Source: Levilinea sp.
Lineage (GTDB): Bacteria; Chloroflexota; Anaerolineae; Anaerolineales; Anaerolineaceae
Length of the DNA: 64,000 nucleotides
Assembly: GCA_034429695.1 (NCBI GenBank)
Contig: DAOUGC010000056.1
Location: 32,359 to 96,358, forward strand
Reading direction: 5' to 3'
This document shows, one piece after another, positions 36,423-44,973 of the stretch; position 1 is the stretch's first letter, and each line of letters begins with the position of its first letter. The notes beneath the pieces are model-generated. The model was not told the origin of the DNA and searched no databases. It was given only the letters and a program-made list of their open reading frames with translations. The position numbers and the translations under genes are program-made.

Positions 36423-38399
36423 ATGACCGTCTATTTACACGACATCCCGCTTGACCAGGCGCAAGCCCGTTTTCAACAGGCCCTGGAGGAAGCCGGTCTA
36501 TGGAAGGTTTTGGAGACCGAAACCATTCAATTGGACGAAAATGCTGTGGCAAGGGTATTAAGTGCCCCGGTATGGGCGCGGATTTGCTCCCCTCACTACC
36601 ACGCCTCAGCCATGGATGGTTTTGCCCTGCGCGCTTCAGCGACTGCGGGGGCACTCCCATCCAAACCGGTTACTCTCCATATGAATGAAGAAAGCGTGTA
36701 TGTGGATACCGGCGATCCGCTTCCTGACTGGGCAAATGCTGTGGTGCCAGTGGAGAATGTGGAAGCGCTGGATGAAGAGGGCAATGTCCTGCCGCACAAC
36801 TCAGACCGTGTCCGCAACCCGGTCAGTATTCGGCTGCGGGCTGCATTAACCCCCTGGCAGCATGTACGCCCGGTCGGAGAGGATATTGTGGCATCGCAAC
36901 TGGTGCTGCCCGCGGGTCAGGTCTTGCGTCCGGTTGATCTTGGCGCTGGCGTCGCGGCGGGGCATCAGCAGGTGCAGGTCAGCCGCCCGCCGCGCGTTGC
37001 CATCCTGCCCACCGGAACCGAACTGGTGACGCCCGGTACAGCGATAAAAGCCGGTGACATCATCGAATACAATTCATTGGTGCTGGCAGCGCAGATTATG
37101 CAATGGGGCGGCCAGGCAGAAAGATTTTCGATCACCCCTGATGATTTTGACCTGATCAAGCAGCGCGTTCAGCAGGCAGCCGACCGGTTTGATCTGGTGC
37201 TGCTCAATGCCGGTTCATCCGCCGGTTCTGAGGATTTCTCGGCAAGGGTGGTTGAAGAACTGGGTCAATTGCTGGTGCACGGTGTGGCCGTACGCCCGGG
37301 TCACCCGGTGATCCTCGGCATGATCCGCCGCTCCACCGGTGGCCTGGTTCCCATCATTGGCGTTCCGGGTTATCCGGTGTCAGCCGCATTGACCGGGGAA
37401 ATATTCGTTGAACCTTTGATTGCACGCTGGCTGGGACGCGCTCCTTCAAAACCAGTGGAAGTGCAAGCCCACCTGACCCGCAAGGTGGTCTCTCCGCCAG
37501 GGGATGATGATTACCTGCGTGTGGTGGTTGGCCGGGTGGGTGACCAATTGCTGGCGGCGCCGCTTACCCGCGGGGCAGGGGTAATCACATCCCTGGTGCG
37601 CGCTGATGGAATCGCCATACTGCCGCGCGGTGTGCAGGGCATGGAAGCAGGCTCACCGGTGCGGGTGCGGCTGTACCGCCACCCCGCCGATCTGGATCAG
37701 ACCTTGTTTGCCACTGGATCCCATGACATGAGCCTGGACATCCTGGCCGAAAGACTTGCCGGACGCGGGCGGCGTTTGGTATCGTCCAATGTCGGCAGCC
37801 AGGGTGGGCTGGTGGCGCTCCGCAGGCGCGAGGCGCATCTGGCTGGTTCCCACCTGCTTGACCCTGACACAGGCGAATACAATCTGAGCTTCCTGCCGCA
37901 ATACCTGGCAGATACACCGGTGATGTTGATGGTGTGGGTGGGGCGCGAACAGGGACTGCTGGTTCCAATGGGTAACCCCAAAGGAATTAAGAACATTGAG
38001 GATCTTGCCCGGCCGGATGTGATCTTCAGCAACCGCCAGCGCGGCGCCGGTACGCGGGTACTGCTGGATTATGTGCTCAAACAGCACGGCATCACCCCCG
38101 AGCAGGTCAATGGCTATGCGCAGGAAGAGTACACCCATCTGGGCGTCGCTGCCGCTGTTTCCAGTCACCGCGCCGATTGCGGCCTGGGCATCGCCGCCGC
38201 GGCCAATGCACTCAACCTTGATTTCATCCCCCTCTTCATCGAGCGGTATGACCTGGTGATTCCATGTGAATATGTAAAATCAGGCTTGCTTGACCCGCTG
38301 TTTGAACTCGCCCGTGAGCCTGATTTCCAAAATGATATCCGGTCACTGCCGGGTTACGACGTCTCACGCATGGGCGAAGTCATTCTGCCTTGCACTTGA
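36423..38399 (+). CDS. MoeA paralog fused to a C-terminal PBP-like (oxyanion-binding type) domain
   Basis: First approx. 410 aa are MoeA-like (SAMDGFA, LPTGTELV, NAGSSAGSEDF, PGYPVSA). The last approx. 240 aa look like a periplasmic-binding-protein-like domain (GSHD...NRQRGAGTR...). Confidence 0.8.
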   Translation: MTVYLHDIPLDQAQARFQQALEEAGLWKVLETETIQLDENAVARVLSAPVWARICSPHYHASAMDGFALRASATAGALPSKPVTLHMNEESVYVDTGDPLPDWANAVVPVENVEALDEEGNVLPHNSDRVRNPVSIRLRAALTPWQHVRPVGEDIVASQLVLPAGQVLRPVDLGAGVAAGHQQVQVSRPPRVAILPTGTELVTPGTAIKAGDIIEYNSLVLAAQIMQWGGQAERFSITPDDFDLIKQRVQQAADRFDLVLLNAGSSAGSEDFSARVVEELGQLLVHGVAVRPGHPVILGMIRRSTGGLVPIIGVPGYPVSAALTGEIFVEPLIARWLGRAPSKPVEVQAHLTRKVVSPPGDDDYLRVVVGRVGDQLLAAPLTRGAGVITSLVRADGIAILPRGVQGMEAGSPVRVRLYRHPADLDQTLFATGSHDMSLDILAERLAGRGRRLVSSNVGSQGGLVALRRREAHLAGSHLLDPDTGEYNLSFLPQYLADTPVMLMVWVGREQGLLVPMGNPKGIKNIEDLARPDVIFSNRQRGAGTRVLLDYVLKQHGITPEQVNGYAQEEYTHLGVAAAVSSHRADCGLGIAAAANALNLDFIPLFIERYDLVIPCEYVKSGLLDPLFELAREPDFQNDIRSLPGYDVSRMGEVILPCT

Positions 38400-38402
38400 T
38401 GC

Positions 38403-39206
38403 TCACCGCCGGACGGCTTTGACCATGCCGGTATCCTTGCGAATATGAAAGCCGCCTTCAGCCGCAATTCTGCGGCTGATTTTTTCTTCCAGTTCATGGA
38501 TGAACCGTTCGTTGGCTTCCACCATGAAATAACTGGCAGCCGAGACGATGTACTTCACCAGCGGCTCCACCTCGGTCACCCATAGTTCATCTGAATAACG
38601 CACCACCTCAATATCCCTGAAGCTCTCCCCCAGCAGCTTCGGTGCGTTTTCCAACGCAAATACCACCACAGGCGGCTGCCAGTCTTTCAGCCCGGCCACT
38701 TCCACCACCAGGTCGTGCATTTCCTGCATGTTGGTCAACCCGTTGGTGGCGGCGGTCAACACCCCACCGGGCATCATCACCCGCGCCATTTCAGCGGCTG
38801 CTTTGCCCACATCAGACACATGATAAAGCATGTGGTTTGCCGTCACCCGGTTAAAACTGCCGTCTGGAAAAGGCAGCGCCAGCACACTGCATGTGGCAAA
38901 TGAAAACCCCTGCCAGCCAACCAAATTTTGAGCGCAGGTGTTCAACATCCCGACCGATAAATCGGTAAGGACAGCCTCAAGACCTTCGGGCAACCGGGCG
39001 GCATTTTGTGTCCAAAGGGCTCCTGTACCGCAGCCACATTCCAGCACCCTTGCCCCTTGCGGGACATTCATTTGTTCAAACAACCAATGCAACCACGCAA
39101 CCGGATTCCGACCAAAACGCTCGTGCAACCCGGCGCGGGTGTTGAGTCTGGATGCGTCACGATATTGAACTGCCCGATTGTATTCCGGATCGGTGATGCG
39201 GCTCAT
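38403..39206 (-). CDS. class I SAM-dependent methyltransferase
   Basis: Motif I VLECGCGTGAL. 267 aa. Convergent with the MoeA-PBP gene, 3 nt apart. Confidence 0.8.
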   Translation of the reverse strand: MSRITDPEYNRAVQYRDASRLNTRAGLHERFGRNPVAWLHWLFEQMNVPQGARVLECGCGTGALWTQNAARLPEGLEAVLTDLSVGMLNTCAQNLVGWQGFSFATCSVLALPFPDGSFNRVTANHMLYHVSDVGKAAAEMARVMMPGGVLTAATNGLTNMQEMHDLVVEVAGLKDWQPPVVVFALENAPKLLGESFRDIEVVRYSDELWVTEVEPLVKYIVSAASYFMVEANERFIHELEEKISRRIAAEGGFHIRKDTGMVKAVRR

Positions 39207-39280
39207 ATTTTTTGTGTCTCCTGATACAATAGTGATCTACCCCGTGATTATTTTTATGGTTGGCAGGAGAGGCTGGCAGA

Positions 39281-40453
39281 ATGGATTCACAAATCATCCC
39301 ACGTGACGTCCTCCAACGCGCATTCCCTGGCATTAACGATCAGGACGCTGACGAAATGTGTGATCGTGCCCGGCTGATTGAGTGTCCCGCTGAAACCATA
39401 TTATGCCACGAGAATGCCTTCGAAACGGATTTCTACATTCTGCTGGATGGCGAAGTGCGCGTGACCAAATTAATGGATGGCAACCAGAGCCGGTTGATGA
39501 AGATGCTTCACCCCGGTGATTTCTTTGGGGAAATGGCCATTGTCCATAATGCTCCGCGGGCTGCCTCGGTCACCACAACCACACCTTCCCGCCTGTTGAT
39601 GATCTCAAAGGACGCCTTCTCCAGCCTGCTGGAACGCAGTTCCAGTATATCGCTTGCCGTCGTACGCGAAGTCAGCCGCCGGTTGCGGGAAAACGACGAC
39701 ATGGCCATCGGCGATCTGCGCGAAAAAGCCCGTGAGCTGGCAGATGCCTACCAGCAACTGGCTGAACTTGAATATGCCCGTCACGAATTTCTCACCACCA
39801 TCGCCCACGAACTGCGCACTCCCTTGATGGCTGCCAATGGCTTTCTTCATTTAATTAGATCCGGGAGTATTCACGGCGATGCCCTCACCACGGCGCTTGA
39901 AGTGGTCGGTCGCCATCTGAGCGACATCACCAGCCTGACCAATGACATCCTCTTCCTGCAGGAAATGGATCTGATCCTTCCCGACTTTCGCCCGGTGGAT
40001 ATCAGCGAGGTGTTGACCAACACCGTTGAACAGCACCGCGTTGTGGCTGACAACAACAAGGTGGGGTTGGTGCTTAACACGGTTTCATCACTTCCCCGTG
40101 TCTCTGGCGACGACCGCAGCCTGGCCCGTGCTTTTCAATCCTTCCTGGATAATGCCATCAAGTTTTCACCGGATGGCGGGAATGTGCGCATTGTTGTTAT
40201 TGAACAGGATGGCGACGTGCGCGTCATCATTCAGGATGACGGGGTTGGCATTCCCCCCGAAGCCCTGCCGCACATCTTCAAGCGGTTTTACCATCTGGAT
40301 GAAGTCAACGGACGATTGTTCCGCGGTGTGGGTTTGGGCCTGTCCATCGCCCGGGAGGTGATCGAACATCATCACGGCAGCATCCACGTGGAAAGCGAGC
40401 TGGGAAAAGGATCGCGCTTTATCATCCACCTGCCGGGCATATGCGACAGTTAA
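39281..40453 (+). CDS. soluble histidine kinase with N-terminal cyclic-nucleotide-binding domain
   Basis: cNMP-binding signature FFGEMAIVHNAPRAASV. H-box AHELRTPL. GVGLGLSIA G-box. GGAGAGG RBS before ATG 39281. Confidence 0.85.
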   Translation: MDSQIIPRDVLQRAFPGINDQDADEMCDRARLIECPAETILCHENAFETDFYILLDGEVRVTKLMDGNQSRLMKMLHPGDFFGEMAIVHNAPRAASVTTTTPSRLLMISKDAFSSLLERSSSISLAVVREVSRRLRENDDMAIGDLREKARELADAYQQLAELEYARHEFLTTIAHELRTPLMAANGFLHLIRSGSIHGDALTTALEVVGRHLSDITSLTNDILFLQEMDLILPDFRPVDISEVLTNTVEQHRVVADNNKVGLVLNTVSSLPRVSGDDRSLARAFQSFLDNAIKFSPDGGNVRIVVIEQDGDVRVIIQDDGVGIPPEALPHIFKRFYHLDEVNGRLFRGVGLGLSIAREVIEHHHGSIHVESELGKGSRFIIHLPGICDS

Positions 40454-40518
40454 GAAAAAATGGTTATCAGGGTTTCTTTTGTTATACTTTGGCAGGTTTG
40501 ATGGTTGAAAGGAATTCA

Positions 40519-40546
40519 CAGAGGGGATGAGAAATCATCCCCTCTG
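40519..40546. terminator. 12-bp perfect hairpin with GAAA loop between convergent genes (terminator candidate, weak U-tract)
   Basis: CAGAGGGGATGA-GAAA-TCATCCCCTCTG. Confidence 0.5.
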
Positions 40547-40603
40547 CATCTTAATGGTAGGACACGGTCAATGCACTGGAAATGCACACTCCGGGCGCAG
40601 GAA

Positions 40604-41026
40604 CTAAATCGTCAGCACAACAATACCCGCAACCGTAAGCAACATCCCAATCACGGTTTTTACGGTCAACGGTTCTCCCGCCAGAATAATCCCCATCAAG
40701 GCCCCAAACAATGGAGAAGTGAAGGCGATGGGCATTACGCGCGTCAGCGGAGCGCCCTTGATGGCTGTGTAAAAGCACAACATGCCGGCTGCACCAGCCA
40801 CCACCCCACCACCGATCACCATGTACAGCAGGGCTTTCGGTCCCGCCTGCGGCAGCATCTTCCATTGCGGGTAAGATGCCACACCCAGAATGATCAACGC
40901 CACCCCGGTGCGGATGGTGATGCCCATGGTTGGAGACAGGTTGCCCAGATGCAGTCCCTTTTTCTCGAAATACCCGCCCACTCCCCAACAGATGGCGGTC
41001 AGTAAAGCAAACAGTTGTGGTTTCAT
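40604..41026 (-). CDS. small EamA-domain (DMT superfamily) membrane protein
   Basis: 140 aa, about 4-5 TM helices. MKPQLFALLTAICWGVGGYFEKKG is EamA-like. Start is ATG 41026, behind AAAGGAAA. Confidence 0.7.
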   Translation of the reverse strand: MKPQLFALLTAICWGVGGYFEKKGLHLGNLSPTMGITIRTGVALIILGVASYPQWKMLPQAGPKALLYMVIGGGVVAGAAGMLCFYTAIKGAPLTRVMPIAFTSPLFGALMGIILAGEPLTVKTVIGMLLTVAGIVVLTI

Positions 41027-41084
41027 TGATTTCCTTTCTGGCAGAATGGTTGGAGATTGCACGGCTTACAAATTGGCAAGATAC

Positions 41085-41113
41085 TTGCATATTGGGGCTG
41101 ATTCGTATATACT
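41085..41113 (+). promoter_or_regulatory. candidate Pmra promoter of the dcw cluster
   Basis: TTGCAT (41085-41090), 17-nt spacer, TATACT (41108-41113). Confidence 0.55.
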
Positions 41114-41148
41114 GTGGGAGAAAGTGTAAAAAAGTGGGTAATTGTGGT
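41114..41148 (+). promoter_or_regulatory. four 10-bp-phased GTG[GT]N direct repeats = candidate MraZ operator
   Basis: GTGGG (41114), GTGTA (41124), GTGGG (41134) and GTGGT (41144). Each is separated by exactly 5 A/T-rich nt, starting right after the predicted -10. Confidence 0.6.
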
Positions 41149-41253
41149 GAATCTGGCCGGAAAACACCCGGCTGCAAGACAAAAGTAAACCAGAAAAACA
41201 TCCAACGCGCCGGAGACATCCGGCGCGCAGCATATCAGGGATAGGTAGAACGC

Positions 41254-41691
41254 ATGTTCTTCGGACAGTTCGAGCACACCATTGATGAAAAGGGCCGGAT
41301 GACCATTCCGTCCCGTTTTCGCGTGCTGCTTGAACAGGGCGCTTACGTGACGGTTGGCTTTGACGGCAATCTGGTGGTCTGGCCTGCTGATGTTTTCGAG
41401 AAGGTTTACACAGCCGTGGGCCAACTTTCCATTACCAACGCAACCGCGCGCGACCTGATGCGTCACATGTTTGGCAAAGCCAGCCTGGTGGAATTTGATC
41501 GCGCCGGACGCATTCTTATCCCGCAATTCTTGCGCGATGATGCCGGGCTGACCGCAAACGCCATCGTGGTTGGTGCAGGCCGGTTCTTCGAGATCTGGTC
41601 TGAAGAGGAATGGCGCAAGAAGGACCAGGTGCTGCGGGATCAGCAAGCCATGGCCGAAAAGTATTCCTCGCTCGACATAACGGTCATGTAA
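41254..41691 (+). CDS. mraZ: transcriptional regulator MraZ
   Basis: MFFGQFEHTIDEKGRMTIPSRFR and a second SpoVT/AbrB-like repeat (DRAGRILIPQFLR). Confidence 0.95.
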   Translation: MFFGQFEHTIDEKGRMTIPSRFRVLLEQGAYVTVGFDGNLVVWPADVFEKVYTAVGQLSITNATARDLMRHMFGKASLVEFDRAGRILIPQFLRDDAGLTANAIVVGAGRFFEIWSEEEWRKKDQVLRDQQAMAEKYSSLDITVM

Positions 41692-41692
41692 C

Positions 41693-42643
41693 ATGAGTGA
41701 ACTACCCGGATATTCTGAGGTTCCGCATTTACCAGTACTTTACCATGAAATTATAACTGCTCTCCGTCCAATCAGCCCCAAACGCTATCTGGACGGAACC
41801 CTGGGCGCTGGAGGGCACTCCGCCGGAATTCTCGCGGCCAGTGCACCGCACGGCAAACTCCTCGGTCTCGATCTCGACCCCCAGGCGCTGGCGCTCGCAA
41901 GCCAGCGTCTCTCTTCCTACGGTGAGCGCGCCATGCTGGTGCAGGCTTCCTACCGCCAATTGGACGAGGTGATGGCAGAAGCTGGCTGGGAAAGCGTGCA
42001 CGGCATTGTTTTTGACCTGGGCGTTTCCTCCATGCAGGTGGACACCCCCGACCGCGGGTTTTCTTTTCAGACCGACGGCCCGCTGGATATGCGTTTTGGG
42101 CCAACCCAACGCCTGACCGCCGGGCAGGTGGTCAACCAGTGGGATGAAACCGATCTGGCGGAGATCCTCTGGAAGTACGGCGAAGAACAACTTGCCCGGC
42201 GCATTGCCAGAGCCATTGTACAGAACCGCCCATACCAGACCACGCTGCAACTGGCAGCAGTGATCAAGAGGGCAGCCGGACGGCAGGGGCAGTCATACCG
42301 CATCCATCCTGCCACCCGCTCCTTTCAGGCACTGCGCATTGCCGTCAATGACGAACTGAACGCCATTGAAGAAACCCTCCCAAAAGCCGTGGCGGCTCTG
42401 GAACCTGGCGGCAGGCTGGCAGTTATATCCTTTCACTCTCTTGAGGACCGCCTGGTCAAACAGTTTATGCGGCGCGAAAGTCGCGATTGCATTTGCCCGC
42501 CAGAACAGCCGGTATGTGTGTGCGGGCACAGAGCCAGCATTAAGGAAATCAACCGCCACCCCATTGTGGCGACGCAGGAAGAGATTAATGGCAACCCGCG
42601 TGCAAGAAGCGCCAAACTGCGCGTGGCAGAGAAATTGTCATAA
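41693..42643 (+). CDS. rsmH: 16S rRNA (cytosine1402-N4)-methyltransferase RsmH
   Basis: HLPVLYHEI, DGTLGAGGHS, FDLGVSSMQVD and SFHSLEDRLVKQF motifs. Confidence 0.95.
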   Translation: MSELPGYSEVPHLPVLYHEIITALRPISPKRYLDGTLGAGGHSAGILAASAPHGKLLGLDLDPQALALASQRLSSYGERAMLVQASYRQLDEVMAEAGWESVHGIVFDLGVSSMQVDTPDRGFSFQTDGPLDMRFGPTQRLTAGQVVNQWDETDLAEILWKYGEEQLARRIARAIVQNRPYQTTLQLAAVIKRAAGRQGQSYRIHPATRSFQALRIAVNDELNAIEETLPKAVAALEPGGRLAVISFHSLEDRLVKQFMRRESRDCICPPEQPVCVCGHRASIKEINRHPIVATQEEINGNPRARSAKLRVAEKLS

Positions 42644-42697
42644 TGGCATGAGTGTTGCAAGAGTCCTCAAAAAAACAGACTCTTTTTACAGGAAGAA

Positions 42698-43168
42698 ATG
42701 ATGAGAAGCCGCATTAAACAGGCATACCAACAGGCGCCGTGGCGCGTACAGACCCAGAGGATGGGTGTCATCCTGCTGGGTGTGGTGGCTGTTTCTCTGG
42801 TGTTTGGAACTTATCTGTTTATCTCAGCCCAATCTGCTGCCGCCGGCCTGTTGATCCTCGATTACGATGACCGCAAGCAGATCCTGCTGCGCGAAATATC
42901 TGACCTGGAAGCGCGACTGGCAATGGTTACTTCCACATCGGTCATGAATGAGCGCGCCCGCGAAATGGGGTTTGAGCCTTTGCAGGCACAAAACATTATT
43001 TACATCCCCATGCCTGAATACCCCGGCCGCACCACCCCTGAACTTGCCCCCGCCCTGCCAACCCAGCCCGATGTCAGCGCGGTGATTTTGCCTGAATATC
43101 GCGAATCACTTTGGGAGTGGTTCTTTCAGGATTTCACCCAGATCCCCCACCCAGGAGCGATCGAATGA
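42698..43168 (+). CDS. ftsL: FtsL-like single-pass cell-division protein
   Basis: 156 aa. Basic N-terminus, one TM helix (MGVILLGVVAVSLVFGTYLFI), then a coiled-coil-like region. Canonical position. Confidence 0.65.
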   Translation: MMRSRIKQAYQQAPWRVQTQRMGVILLGVVAVSLVFGTYLFISAQSAAAGLLILDYDDRKQILLREISDLEARLAMVTSTSVMNERAREMGFEPLQAQNIIYIPMPEYPGRTTPELAPALPTQPDVSAVILPEYRESLWEWFFQDFTQIPHPGAIE

Positions 43169-44949
43169 AAACCCTGACCCCGTGGCGTTTGAAATTGATC
43201 GCCAGCGCAGTCACGATTGTGATTGCCCTGGTTCTGTTGCAAATGATCCGTCTGCAGACCATTCCGGTTGGCAAAGACCTGCTGGAATACGGCATGCGCA
43301 ATTACGATGTTGAAACCATCAACCTGCGCCCGGCGCGCGGCAACATCTATGATCGCTACGGCACGCTGCTGGCTGGAAATCGCAAAGCGTATGAAGTGGG
43401 TATTGACCTAAAAAACAATCCTGATACTGACAGCATCATCAAGGAAGTTGCCCTGGTGACCGATCTGGATTACAACATGCTGACCACCAAGGTCAACGAA
43501 GCGGTTGAGCTGAACCTGCTGTACATCATGCTTTCACCCAGCATCACTGAGAAGCAGTACCATATTCTCGACAACAAAATCGACGAGTACAACGAGCGCG
43601 CCGCCAGCATGCGCCTCAAACGCGGGCAAACGGCTCCGTCGCTGGAAGGTCTGGTGTTCAGCTCGCATCTGGAACGCACCTATCCTGAAAATGATATTGC
43701 ATCCAACATTCTGGGCTTTTACACCTTTTTGGACCTGGACAATCCCAAACCATTCGCCGGGGTGGAAGAGAATTACGACAACATGCTCTCCGGTGTCGGG
43801 CTGGAATGGACCCGTGTTCGCAACCCGGCGCGCACCGGCAAGATCCCCGAAATTCCCCCCGGCGCCAGCCTGGTGTTGACCATTGACCGTGAGATCCAGG
43901 TGGAAGTGGAACGCATTCTGGATAAGGCAGTGGAAGAAAACCGTGCCGATTACGGCGTCATTCTGGTCATGGACCCTGAAACAGGCGAGATCCTTGCCAT
44001 GGCAAGCACCCCACGCATGAACCTGAATGAATATTCCCGCCTGGGTGAGATCTACCCGGGCAGCACCCCCTTCAACCGGGTGGTGAGCGAGACCTACGAG
44101 CCAGGCTCGGTATTCAAGGTGCTCACCATGGCTGCCGCACTGGATAGTGGAACGGTGACGCCGGACACCGTGTTTGTGGATACCGGCTCCTACTCCTACG
44201 GCGGCATCACGGTTTACAACTGGGATGGCGGCGCATGGGGACCCCAGAACATGACCGGCTGCATGCAGCACTCGTTGAATGTGTGCCTCTCATGGCTGGC
44301 AGACGAGATGAACACCGATGTGTTCTATCCCTATCTGGATAAGTTTGGAATCGGGCACATGACCAATGTGGACGTGGGCGGTGAAATGTACAACCAATTG
44401 ATCACCCCTGCCTCCAGCCAGTGGTTCGACTCGCAACTTGTGGTTAATTCCTTTGGTCAGGGTGTGGCCGTCACCCCGCTGCAACTGGCAACCGCCATTT
44501 CGGCTGTGGCCAACGACGGCAAAATGATGTGGCCGCACGTGGTGAAAGCAGTCGTCGAGAATGGTCACCAGCGGGAATTGACGCCGCGTGTGCTCTCCCA
44601 ACCCATCTCCGCTGAAACCGCTCACACCCTCACCGACATGCTGACCGTCTCGCTGGAAGAGGAAGCATCCAAGGCGCTGTTGGAAAACTACCGCGTGGCA
44701 GGCAAGACCGGAACCGGTGAAATCCCAACTCCTGAAGGCTATTCCAGCACCGAATGGAATGCTTCATTCGTGGGCTGGGGACCGTCCGAGGATCCACAGT
44801 TCCTGGTTTACGTATGGCTGGCAAAGCCAAAATCGGACCGCTGGGGTTCGGTGGTGGCTGCACCGGTTTTCAGGCAGATAACCGAACGCCTGGTCATTCT
44901 AATGGACATCCCGCCCGACTCAATTCGGGGACAAATGTCAGGTCAATGA
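43165..44949 (+). CDS. ftsI: penicillin-binding protein, FtsI/PBP2-type transpeptidase
   Basis: ATGA overlap with ftsL. SVFK (SxxK), SLN (SxN) and KTGTG motifs. Confidence 0.9.
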   Translation: MKTLTPWRLKLIASAVTIVIALVLLQMIRLQTIPVGKDLLEYGMRNYDVETINLRPARGNIYDRYGTLLAGNRKAYEVGIDLKNNPDTDSIIKEVALVTDLDYNMLTTKVNEAVELNLLYIMLSPSITEKQYHILDNKIDEYNERAASMRLKRGQTAPSLEGLVFSSHLERTYPENDIASNILGFYTFLDLDNPKPFAGVEENYDNMLSGVGLEWTRVRNPARTGKIPEIPPGASLVLTIDREIQVEVERILDKAVEENRADYGVILVMDPETGEILAMASTPRMNLNEYSRLGEIYPGSTPFNRVVSETYEPGSVFKVLTMAAALDSGTVTPDTVFVDTGSYSYGGITVYNWDGGAWGPQNMTGCMQHSLNVCLSWLADEMNTDVFYPYLDKFGIGHMTNVDVGGEMYNQLITPASSQWFDSQLVVNSFGQGVAVTPLQLATAISAVANDGKMMWPHVVKAVVENGHQRELTPRVLSQPISAETAHTLTDMLTVSLEEEASKALLENYRVAGKTGTGEIPTPEGYSSTEWNASFVGWGPSEDPQFLVYVWLAKPKSDRWGSVVAAPVFRQITERLVILMDIPPDSIRGQMSGQ

Positions 44950-44973
44950 CAGACAGGACCGAGTGAGGATACT

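Noticed and set aside
41023-41694. 223-aa minus-strand ORF opposite mraZ; also 40505-41219 ORFs overlapping the EamA gene
   Set aside because: They overlap well-supported genes (mraZ, the EamA-like gene) and span the dcw promoter region, with no independent coding evidence.
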